Below, in pieces: positions 47,669 to 55,797 of a DNA stretch of 64,000 nt. The position numbers and the translations under genes are program-made. The number at the start of each line of letters is the position of its first letter. Positions within the stretch are counted from its first letter, which is position 1. This stretch comes from a virus, in the IMG/VR virus record IMGVR_UViG_3300009173_000010, positions 1-64,000 of that record. The stretch is one strand, 5' to 3'. The notes below the pieces were generated by a model. That model saw only the letters and a program-made list of their open reading frames with translations, made no database searches and was not told where the DNA came from.

Positions 47669-48499
47669 ATGACACAACTTATTAATCCGGAGAAATTCAC
47701 GGATAGCGTGGGCCGTTTACGGTCCTTTTTTTTGAACAAAGGATTTCAAGAAGTACATACGCAAAATCGTTTAAGTATATTAGCGGCATGCGAAGATCCA
47801 ACAACTGTCTCAACATATAATTACGCCGGCCAAGTTTGGCCGTTACCGCAAACAGGACAGATGTGGTTAGAATACGAGTTACTTACTAAGCCTGAGGTTC
47901 CGGGCTTTTTTTGTGTCTCAACATCATATAGGCAAGAGCCTAATGCTATACCTGGTAGGCATGATCTTATATTTCCTATGTTTGAATTCGAAATGCCAGG
48001 GGATATTAATGACTTATATCGAATGGAATTGGATTTATGCGAAGCAGTAGGCTTTTCATCAATTGATGCAATTACATCAAAAGATTACACTGATTGGTCA
48101 GCGGAATTTGGCGTTGAAGAATTAACACATGCAGAAGAAACTGCAATGTATGAAAAGTACGGTAATGTACAAATGATTCGAAACTTTCCAAATTACACAA
48201 GTCCATTTTGGAACATGAAACAAAATGGTGATGGAACAGCCGCAAAAATTGATGTAATTATTTGTGGACAAGAAACAATTGGTTCTGCAGAACGGTCAGC
48301 AGATACAACAGAAATGCATGATATGTTTCACACAATTAGTGATGGGCAATATGCTAGTTTGTTGCATGGAACGTTTGGCAAGGACAGAGTTAACAAAGAA
48401 TTGGACGAATTTTTAAGTCATGATTTTATACCACGTGTAGGCGGCGGCATTGGAATGACTAGATTTATTCGTGCAATGGAAATGTGTAACTTGTTCTAA
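47669..48499 (+). CDS. Class IIb aminoacyl-tRNA synthetase catalytic core lacking an anticodon-binding domain (AsnRS/AspRS paralog; asparagine-synthetase-A-like)
   Basis: Motif 1 RSFF..GFQEVHT, motif 2 YRQE..GRH..FPMFEFE, ETIGSAER, motif 3 GGGIGMTR; only 276 aa with no N-terminal OB fold. Confidence 0.85.
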   Translation: MTQLINPEKFTDSVGRLRSFFLNKGFQEVHTQNRLSILAACEDPTTVSTYNYAGQVWPLPQTGQMWLEYELLTKPEVPGFFCVSTSYRQEPNAIPGRHDLIFPMFEFEMPGDINDLYRMELDLCEAVGFSSIDAITSKDYTDWSAEFGVEELTHAEETAMYEKYGNVQMIRNFPNYTSPFWNMKQNGDGTAAKIDVIICGQETIGSAERSADTTEMHDMFHTISDGQYASLLHGTFGKDRVNKELDEFLSHDFIPRVGGGIGMTRFIRAMEMCNLF

Positions 48500-48508
48500 A
48501 GAATTTGT

Positions 48509-48597
48509 TCCGGAGTGATGGAATTGGTAGACATGCTGGGCGGTTTACTCAGTGTCCTTGGCAGGGCGTGAAGGTTCGAATCCTTCCTCCGGAGCCA
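48509..48597 (+). tRNA. Atypical type-II tRNA, anticodon GTT (Asn), encoded CCA
   Basis: TCCGGAG/CTCCGGA acceptor, ATG-GAATTGGTAGA-CAT D arm, CTGGG-CGGTTTA-CTCAG anticodon arm, GTCCT-TGGC-AGGGC variable arm, GAAGG-TTCGAAT-CCTTC T arm, G73-CCA. Confidence 0.9.
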
Positions 48598-48766
48598 GTT
48601 TTTAATTTTAAGACTTAGGCTTCTTCGGCTTCTTTTTTTCTTTCTTGGGTTTGTCTCTATTTTTACTTTCCATCCTTGTTTTCCTATGGTTCGTGTTGTA
48701 TCTACATCTCCGAACTCGCCCATACTTTTACCAGTTTGTATTTGCCTACTATAATCGTATGGATCT

Positions 48767-49963
48767 TTACCGTTCATCGATCACTGTTGATAATAATTCT
48801 TCTTTGCTAGGTTTGTAGTTTTTAGACTTCCATTCGTCTCGTAACTTTGTTAGTAAAGCACCCATGTTAGGACCAGGTTTTACATCTGCACTAATTAAGT
48901 CTTTTCCTGTTACAGGAAATTCTGGTACTTGCCAACTTCTAATATGATTTGCAATAGCATCTTTGTCTTGTATTTTAGCAAGAGCATAAACAAAATATTG
49001 ATGAGTTTCATCAACTAAAAATTCTTCTGCACTTTGCTGTGTTAGAGGTGTATTTTTAAATTCAGTTAAAAAAGATAAAAGTTGCATTTCTGCATTTGAT
49101 AGTTTCCATGCATTACCTATCGCGTCTACATCTTTTATATTACGCATAAGACTTGCTAAAGGAACAATAGGACTTTGCATTGTACTAACTTTTTCTGCTA
49201 GTGCAATATCATCTAATGGTAGATTAATATTTTTTGTAACGCCTGTTTTTTCTAAATGTACTAATATGTCTTTTACATTGTTACCTAACAGTATCTTTTG
49301 CATTTCCATCCATATACGTTCACCAGAAATTTGTGTTAAACCTTTAACATTGCTTTTTATAGCATCTAATGTATCTTTCTCCCAAGTAGGATTATTAATG
49401 CGTCCTTGGAATCTAAAGTAGCGCAAAATTCTTAAATAATCTTCTTGTATACGTTGTTCCGGTTCACCTACAAATTTACTTACTTTATCTTGTAAGTCAT
49501 TTGCTCCATTAAAATAATCATATACTGTACCGTCTAAATCTAATGACATAGCATTGTATGTTAAATCTCTGCGTTTAGCATCTTCTTCCCAACTACGTAT
49601 AAATTCAACAGTAGCGTGTCTACCAGTATGTTCTGCGTCTGCACGTAACGTTGTAATTTCTAATTGTTCTTTATTAATTACAGCGGTAATTGTTCCGTGC
49701 TGTAATCCTGTTGGAATATACTTAATATTGCCCTTTTCAAACATTTCAACCATTTCGTCTGGTGTAGCATCTGATGCTAAGTCTGTATCTTTGGGCAATT
49801 TGCCAAGCATTAGGTCTCGAACTGCACCACCAACAATACGTAGTTCAAATCCGTTTTTATGAAAAAGGTTACCGAGTGAAACTACACCAGCAGTAAGAAT
49901 TTGTTTAAATTCGTCACTATCTAGTTTTTCTTGTGCCTCAACTAAAAATTCTAATGCTCTCAT
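48767..49963 (-). CDS. cca: CCA-adding tRNA nucleotidyltransferase (class II)
   Basis: VGGAVRD..D.DLA, HGT, EITTLR, DAKRRDLTYNAM, RIQEDYLRILRYFRF, SGERIW, FPVTGKDL. Confidence 0.92.
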   Translation of the reverse strand: MRALEFLVEAQEKLDSDEFKQILTAGVVSLGNLFHKNGFELRIVGGAVRDLMLGKLPKDTDLASDATPDEMVEMFEKGNIKYIPTGLQHGTITAVINKEQLEITTLRADAEHTGRHATVEFIRSWEEDAKRRDLTYNAMSLDLDGTVYDYFNGANDLQDKVSKFVGEPEQRIQEDYLRILRYFRFQGRINNPTWEKDTLDAIKSNVKGLTQISGERIWMEMQKILLGNNVKDILVHLEKTGVTKNINLPLDDIALAEKVSTMQSPIVPLASLMRNIKDVDAIGNAWKLSNAEMQLLSFLTEFKNTPLTQQSAEEFLVDETHQYFVYALAKIQDKDAIANHIRSWQVPEFPVTGKDLISADVKPGPNMGALLTKLRDEWKSKNYKPSKEELLSTVIDER

Positions 49964-50050
49964 ACATATATTTACCAAGATATATATTTGTAATGATTGA
50001 CAAACTGTTATTTTCTGTTATTATTATATAACATAATAAGGAGAATAACA

Positions 50051-50311
50051 ATGTCCCAAGATAATATTATACAATTAAATCCAAATAAATCTGTTTTAGA
50101 TACTGATGATTTGGATACTATTGTAGCCGAGGTAATTGATTACATTGGCGAGGTTGCTGATAACCGCAATCTTCCGTTAAATGATGAATTTGCCAGAGAT
50201 ATGGCTATTGCTATGAGGTTTGTAAGAGCTGGATTTGCCCGTCAAATGGGTGCAGAAACTGACGTAATCCAGGAAGAAATGACAAAATTAGCCGATTTTA
50301 TGCTAAAATAA
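50051..50311 (+). CDS. Hypothetical protein
   Basis: SD AGGAG; TTGACA promoter at 49997. Confidence 0.65.
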   Translation: MSQDNIIQLNPNKSVLDTDDLDTIVAEVIDYIGEVADNRNLPLNDEFARDMAIAMRFVRAGFARQMGAETDVIQEEMTKLADFMLK

Positions 50312-50345
50312 TTTAAAAACCCTTATATTTCAATGACTTATATGA

Positions 50346-50373
50346 TTGACAAACCAAGATATCATGCTATAAT
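50346..50373 (+). promoter_or_regulatory. Sigma70-like early promoter
   Basis: TTGACA-16 nt-TATAAT with TGn extension. Confidence 0.7.
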
Positions 50374-50400
50374 GTATACATAATGAGAAATGAGGGAAAT

Positions 50401-50745
50401 ATGTTTAAATTGTTTCAGGTTCATCTTACAGATGAAGAGGTTGCCCAGGTTAATGCTACTGGACATGATTCAGTTCCTAAGCAGAAAGCCCGGTTGCAAG
50501 CCAGTGTTTTTGGTGATCCGAGCGAAGCAATTGCTGGCGGATTTTTTGAGCACGTTGCCAACATTGATGCATTGACGTTAGAGGGCGTATTCCATATTGG
50601 GAATCAAGGCCCAGAAGAGAAAATTGAACGGCTTGGCCCAATGTCCTCAACGAGCGTTGGCGATATAGTCGAAGACCCAGACGGAAAACAGTGGGTAGTT
50701 GCTAAGTGTGGTTTCGATCCAATTGAGGAGAAAATAGTATGTTAG
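50401..50745 (+). CDS. YodL-like hypothetical protein
   Basis: C-terminal STSVGDIV...WVV..CGF pattern; start at 50383 or 50401. Confidence 0.5.
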   Translation: MFKLFQVHLTDEEVAQVNATGHDSVPKQKARLQASVFGDPSEAIAGGFFEHVANIDALTLEGVFHIGNQGPEEKIERLGPMSSTSVGDIVEDPDGKQWVVAKCGFDPIEEKIVC

Positions 50746-50879
50746 AGATTTTGTTGTTTTTAATACTGCTAGTTTTAGTAGTTGCATTTTTGCCAAATAT
50801 CGCAAAATTTATTGTATCGTTAATATTGATATCATGTGCAATAATTGGCTTAATAGTTCTTGTTAGTGTTTTTATTTAA
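50739..50879 (+). CDS. Small membrane protein (46 aa, not in ORF track)
   Basis: SD GAGGAG; MLEILLFLILLVLVVAFLP...; two hydrophobic segments. Confidence 0.55.
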   Translation: MLEILLFLILLVLVVAFLPNIAKFIVSLILISCAIIGLIVLVSVFI

Positions 50880-50889
50880 GGAGTCTAAC

Positions 50890-51048
50890 ATGATTAGATT
50901 TATTGCAGGTTTGTTCTTGTGTATGGGTGCCGTTGGCGGCCTTGAACAGGATACAATGACGTTCGCCCAGTTCTTTATGTTTGCTGGTATTGGTTTAGGC
51001 TTAATGTTTTGGGCAGTGCCAACGTTGGCCGCACAAGCCAGTGACTAA
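50890..51048 (+). CDS. Small membrane protein
   Basis: SD AAGGAG; two hydrophobic segments. Confidence 0.6.
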   Translation: MIRFIAGLFLCMGAVGGLEQDTMTFAQFFMFAGIGLGLMFWAVPTLAAQASD

Positions 51049-51298
51049 CGAAATTAATTTTGTCCATCCGAGCATTTCTGATAAAGATATAGAACTGTTT
51101 GGTTTTGATGATATTGAAAATGTTCCGATTCAGGAGCATTGGATCATGGCCCATATTATGGTTGAGGCAGGCCTATTTACTAGTATAAGCAATGCTCGCA
51201 AAAATGGTTGGAACACGCCTATACCAAAAGGCTTCTGGCAGAAAAAAGTTGGCAAGATGAGAAAGTTGATAAGTATACTAAATGAGTTGGAAGGATAG
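51041..51298 (+). CDS. Stand-alone S4-like RNA-binding domain (TyrRS C-terminal type)
   Basis: IMVEAGLFTSISNARK...GK pattern. Confidence 0.5.
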   Translation: MTNEINFVHPSISDKDIELFGFDDIENVPIQEHWIMAHIMVEAGLFTSISNARKNGWNTPIPKGFWQKKVGKMRKLISILNELEG

Positions 51299-51299
51299 T

Positions 51300-51854
51300 A
51301 TGCGAATTATAGAGGTAGATCAAGAGAACGTGGTTAATAAGGCTTTGGCGTTTGCTAAAGATGCCCACGAATCCATCGGCCAGAAACGAAAGTACACTGG
51401 CGAGGATTACATTGTCCATCCAATAGAAGTTTCACAGATTGTTAAATCGGTTGGCGGATCCGAAGCAATGCAAGCGGCCGCCCTTTTGCACGATACCGTT
51501 GAAGACACAAATGTCACGAATGCGGAAATTGTTGAGCATTTCGGTCCTGCGATCGCTAAACTAGTAAATGAACTAACTGATATAAGTAAACTCGAAGATG
51601 GAAATCGAGCCCTTAGGAAAGAAATGGACAGAGAGCATTCTGCTAGTGCTAGTGCTGATGCACAAACGGTAAAATTGGCTGATTTGATCAGCAACAGCAA
51701 AAGCATCGTAAAACACGATCCAAATTTTGCTAAAGTTTATATTAGAGAAAAAGAGGCTCTTTTGCAGGTGCTAGATAAGGGCAATTCTCGTTTACACGCA
51801 ATCGCGACGAAACAAGTTGCAGATGCGAAAGAAACCCTAAAAATATCAGGGTAA
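51300..51854 (+). CDS. HD-domain (p)ppGpp hydrolase-like protein (SpoT-HD/Mesh1 family)
   Basis: AH..QKRK.TGEDYIVHP, AALLHDTVEDT, LTD, VKLADLISN. Confidence 0.88.
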   Translation: MRIIEVDQENVVNKALAFAKDAHESIGQKRKYTGEDYIVHPIEVSQIVKSVGGSEAMQAAALLHDTVEDTNVTNAEIVEHFGPAIAKLVNELTDISKLEDGNRALRKEMDREHSASASADAQTVKLADLISNSKSIVKHDPNFAKVYIREKEALLQVLDKGNSRLHAIATKQVADAKETLKISG

Positions 51855-51919
51855 TCTGTTGTATTTTTGCAACAATCCAAGAAATCTTGCATTTAACCGT
51901 CAAAATAGCCCAGTTAAGG

Positions 51920-51947
51920 TTGACAGATCACCCAGATGTGTTATTAT
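51920..51947 (+). promoter_or_regulatory. Sigma70-like early promoter
   Basis: TTGACA-16 nt-TATTAT with TGTG extension. Confidence 0.65.
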
Positions 51948-52002
51948 TATACTATAGTTAATGAGAACTATTTAATTCACCAACCAACCGAAAGGTAATT
52001 AT

Positions 52003-53046
52003 ATGTCCGCTCAAATGGTAAAGGTTTTTGGAGAGTATCGTAACACTCCAATTGAGGGTGTAGTTTTTCCTCTTACAAAAGGTTTCACAGAAGGCAAGAA
52101 GCATAATTTCATCACTGTTGATGGAACGCCGGTTGCTGGATTTCCCAATCGCTTTATTCGAGTCAGGGTTGCTGACAAAAACGCTTTTTCGTTTGTTGGT
52201 AAAGACGTACCTGCTGGTACAGTAGACCCAACTCTAGTTTCAAAAGAAACCGAAGCAGAAGCAATTGAACGAATTCGTGAGCGTTTCGAAATTCTAAATG
52301 AGATGACCGAAGCAACAATGGAAGGTACCGTACGAGGTATGGTTGTAACAGGCCCTCCGGGTGTTGGTAAGTCATTTGGTGTCGAAAGTACGCTCGAGAA
52401 GCATCACACTTTTAATAAACTTGCTGGCAAGAAGGCCAAGTATGAGGTTATTAAAGGAGCAATGACTCCGTTGGGCCTTTATGCTCTATTATTTAAGAAC
52501 AGTGATCCGGGCATGGTGCTGGTACTTGATGATTGTGACACAGTTCTTTGGGACGAGTTGTCACTAAACATCCTTAAGGGTGCGTTGGATTCAGGTAAGC
52601 ATCGTAGGATTTATTGGAACGCTGATTCATCTAAATTGCGGAATGAAGGTATTCCGGATCATTTTGAGTTTAAGGGTTCGATTATCTTTATTTCAAACTT
52701 GAAGTTCGATGCTCATATGAAGGGCAACCGGATGGGCAAAATCAAAGATCATTTAGAAGCAATTATTTCTAGGTGTCATTATTTGGATCTAACATTGGAT
52801 ACAATGCAAGACAAGATGCTTCGTATTCATCAGATTGTTGGTGACGGGATGCTGGATGATCATAAACTTTCCGACGACGAAGAAAAAATGATTGTTAAGT
52901 ACATCGAAGATAATAAGGAAAAACTGCGCGAAGTGTCATTGCGAATGGTACTCAAAATTGCAGACTTGTTTAAAATGGCTCCTAACAATGAGAAGTGGAA
53001 GCGTCTAGCAGAAACGACTTGCATGGTTAGGAAGATTATGAGTTAA
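52003..53046 (+). CDS. AAA+ ATPase
   Basis: Walker A GPPGVGKS, Walker B VLVLDDCD, ISN, SR arginine finger. Confidence 0.85.
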   Translation: MSAQMVKVFGEYRNTPIEGVVFPLTKGFTEGKKHNFITVDGTPVAGFPNRFIRVRVADKNAFSFVGKDVPAGTVDPTLVSKETEAEAIERIRERFEILNEMTEATMEGTVRGMVVTGPPGVGKSFGVESTLEKHHTFNKLAGKKAKYEVIKGAMTPLGLYALLFKNSDPGMVLVLDDCDTVLWDELSLNILKGALDSGKHRRIYWNADSSKLRNEGIPDHFEFKGSIIFISNLKFDAHMKGNRMGKIKDHLEAIISRCHYLDLTLDTMQDKMLRIHQIVGDGMLDDHKLSDDEEKMIVKYIEDNKEKLREVSLRMVLKIADLFKMAPNNEKWKRLAETTCMVRKIMS

Positions 53047-53065
53047 CTTGCCGAGCGGGCAGGTG

Positions 53066-53096
53066 GGGGTCGGTCTCATTGCCGGCCCCTTTTTTT
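53066..53096 (+). terminator. Intrinsic terminator
   Basis: GGGGTCGGT-CTCATT-GCCGGCCCC followed by T7. Confidence 0.85.
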
Positions 53097-53135
53097 AACT
53101 TGACATTAAGGGCAATTTCATATAAACTTACTGTA

Positions 53136-53318
53136 ATGGAAAAAGTAATAGTTTATACAAGTTCGAATAGTATTTCTTGTATAGGAGAGGACAATGTGGG
53201 TTCTCATCCTATTGTTTATTATCGTGTAAGCAAAAAATCACCGGAAGCAATATGTGGATATTGTGGTGTAATATTTAGGTACGACAAAGATGCCGACAGC
53301 AAAACTCGTTATCCGTGA
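53136..53318 (+). CDS. zf-CHCC zinc-finger protein
   Basis: SC.G....SHP.VY...CGYCG. Confidence 0.7.
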   Translation: MEKVIVYTSSNSISCIGEDNVGSHPIVYYRVSKKSPEAICGYCGVIFRYDKDADSKTRYP

Positions 53319-54744
53319 CGAAGTAAACATTAAATTTGAAAACGTTGACCCGTCTACGAGGCGTAAGTTATCAGCGGCCGTCAAGTTTATGCTACCATAT
53401 GCATACCATATGCCTGCGTATAAGTTAGGACGCTGGGATGGTATGATACGTTTCTGCGATGTAGGTGGTAGGACATACCTTAATTTGTTAGATACATTGC
53501 TACCAATACTACAGCAATCGGGATACGAATTAGACATAGAGGATCATAGGCAACAATGGAATTTTAAGTTTGATCAAATTGATGAGAATGTATTAAGTGA
53601 TATTACGTGGCCTAAGGGGCATGTTAATGAGGGAGAGGCTATTGTTCTACGAGACTACCAAGTAGATGTTGTTAATAACTCGCTGTCACACTTACAAAGC
53701 CTACAAGAGGTTGCTACAGGTGCTGGCAAAACGATTATAACTGCTACGCTAAGTAAGTTAGTAGGAGAATACGGGCGTAGCATTGTTATAGTACCTAACA
53801 AGAGTTTAGTAACGCAGACAGAAGAGGATTATATTAATATTGGCCTCGACGTGGGTGTATTTTATGGTGATCGTAAAGAGTTTGGCCGCCAACATACTAT
53901 TTGTACATGGCAATCTTTGAATGTTCTACTTAAAAAGAGCAAAAAGAAAACAGCCGGAATTGATATACAACAATTTATTGAAGGCGTTGTATGTGTAATG
54001 GTAGATGAAGTACATCAAGCAAAAGCAGATGTGCTAAAAGAATTACTTACAGGCGTCTTTGCAAATATTCCTATTCGTTGGGGACTAACAGGTACAATAC
54101 CAAAAGAGGATTACGAGTTCTGTAGTCTTAAAGCAAGTTTGGGCGAGGTAATTAATTCTATTAGTGCCCACGAATTGCAAGAAAGAGGTGTGCTGAGTAA
54201 TTGTGAAGTTAAGGTATTGCAGTTAAAAGACGATGTTGAGTATCCAAATTATCCAAGTGAATTAAAATATTTGGTATCTGATCCTAAGCGTATTGATTAT
54301 CTTTCTGGTGTAATAGGTGATATTGCAGAAACAGGAAATACTTTAGTCTTAATTGGACAAATTAAAACTGGAGAAATGTTAATTGAACGATTACCAAAGG
54401 CTGTATTTGTAAGAGGAGCGACTAAAAATGAAGACCGTAAAGAAACTTATGACGAAGTTGCAACAAGCGATACGAAACTTATTGTTGCAACCTACGGCGT
54501 GGCCTCTGTGGGAATCAATATTCCTAGGATTTTTAATCTTGTTCTTATTGAGCCCGGTAAGTCATTTGTAAGAGTTATTCAAAGTATAGGTAGAGGCATA
54601 CGTAAAGCACACGATAAAAACTTTGTGCAGATATGGGATGTTACTAGCAATTGTAAATATAGTAAAAGGCATCTAACGACACGTAAAAAGTATTATAGAG
54701 AAGCACAGTATCCGTTTGATATTGAAAAAGTGTCATTTAAATGA
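53290..54744 (+). CDS. uvsW: UvsW-like SF2 helicase
   Basis: WDG, LRDYQ, ATGAGKT, DEVH, GLTGT, GINIP, QSIGRGIR. Confidence 0.92.
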   Translation: MPTAKLVIRDEVNIKFENVDPSTRRKLSAAVKFMLPYAYHMPAYKLGRWDGMIRFCDVGGRTYLNLLDTLLPILQQSGYELDIEDHRQQWNFKFDQIDENVLSDITWPKGHVNEGEAIVLRDYQVDVVNNSLSHLQSLQEVATGAGKTIITATLSKLVGEYGRSIVIVPNKSLVTQTEEDYINIGLDVGVFYGDRKEFGRQHTICTWQSLNVLLKKSKKKTAGIDIQQFIEGVVCVMVDEVHQAKADVLKELLTGVFANIPIRWGLTGTIPKEDYEFCSLKASLGEVINSISAHELQERGVLSNCEVKVLQLKDDVEYPNYPSELKYLVSDPKRIDYLSGVIGDIAETGNTLVLIGQIKTGEMLIERLPKAVFVRGATKNEDRKETYDEVATSDTKLIVATYGVASVGINIPRIFNLVLIEPGKSFVRVIQSIGRGIRKAHDKNFVQIWDVTSNCKYSKRHLTTRKKYYREAQYPFDIEKVSFK

Positions 54745-54793
54745 TTGCACTTTTAAAAAAAAGATGTTATAATAACAATCGTAGGAAGAGTGT

Positions 54794-55297
54794 ATGCAAA
54801 TATTAACAGTAGAAAATGAACCGTATAGTTTAAATAATTTACCTGACGAAATTGACGATGTAAGATATTGTGTTCTCGATGTAACAGACCCAACATTTAT
54901 TGATTACTATTTCTTACCTTTGATATTTTTGGAGAGTTTTAGTTCTCCGGCAGTAGTTTTACAGATCGGCGAGTTTCAAATTCAAATGCCGTTAGATTGG
55001 AATATTTTAGTAGGCGATCCAGGCCAAGGAATGTTAGAAGTATTACCTTTAACAAATTTAAATGATAGAGGTTTTGAAACGTTATTATACAACCCATTGA
55101 AAGGATATATGCCTAGTTGGGCACCTGTACAAATCGTAAACGTGTTTGTTGAACTTAAATGGTATTTTCCAAAATTAAAATTTGGCCATTTATTAGCAAT
55201 GCCATTGCAAAATAAGTTTAATCCATTATGTGCATTTTTTATAAAAGAAACAAACAAAATTCCAGATCAAATTGACATCGGTGATGTAATAACATGA
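54794..55297 (+). CDS. Conserved hypothetical protein
   Basis: 167-aa ORF; TTGCAC-17 nt-TATAAT promoter at 54745. Confidence 0.7.
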   Translation: MQILTVENEPYSLNNLPDEIDDVRYCVLDVTDPTFIDYYFLPLIFLESFSSPAVVLQIGEFQIQMPLDWNILVGDPGQGMLEVLPLTNLNDRGFETLLYNPLKGYMPSWAPVQIVNVFVELKWYFPKLKFGHLLAMPLQNKFNPLCAFFIKETNKIPDQIDIGDVIT

Positions 55298-55311
55298 AGA
55301 AATAATTGACA

Positions 55312-55797
55312 ATGAAAGTTGATATGTTTAAAGACATACTTCCTGCAATTAATAAGGGAGATAGAAATTTTTATAATAAGTTGCCTCCTGAAATGAAGAA
55401 AAGCAGTCAAGTAAATTTTTGGATGATACATCGTTGGGCAACGTGTACACACCGAAACAAAGAACATTATCTAATGTTTATTAATGAACTATGTAATGAT
55501 CATTACAGCGATATAAGTAACCATCCAGAGTTGCAATGGTTGTTATTAAGTGTAATAGGCATCGGTCCTGAAAAATATTTTGGACAATGGGTTGGAACCC
55601 CAAATAGTAGAACTAAGGAAAACGCTATCGATAAATTTCTATTAGATGTATATCCAACTATAAACGATGAAGAATTAACTTTGTTAAAGGAAATGAACAC
55701 AAAAGATGACCTCCAAGACCTTGCCTGTAAACTCGGATACAACGACAAGCAAATTTCTGATATCTTTAATGACAAACGTAGAAGTAAAAAGAAGTAA
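55312..55797 (+). CDS. Possible clamp-loader small subunit (gp62-like)
   Basis: MIHRW..INE..N...HPELQWLLL...QWV pattern and size; replication context. Confidence 0.5.
   Translation: MKVDMFKDILPAINKGDRNFYNKLPPEMKKSSQVNFWMIHRWATCTHRNKEHYLMFINELCNDHYSDISNHPELQWLLLSVIGIGPEKYFGQWVGTPNSRTKENAIDKFLLDVYPTINDEELTLLKEMNTKDDLQDLACKLGYNDKQISDIFNDKRRSKKK

Noticed and set aside
48509-48597. tRNA as a UGA or UAA suppressor explaining the gp14 stop
   Set aside because: The central loop triplet is GTT; TTA is off-centre and TCA lies in the stem
48496-48777. 93-aa minus-strand ORF downstream of cca
   Set aside because: Its 3' part is antisense to the tRNA; the 5' part may be a real small basic peptide but cannot be supported
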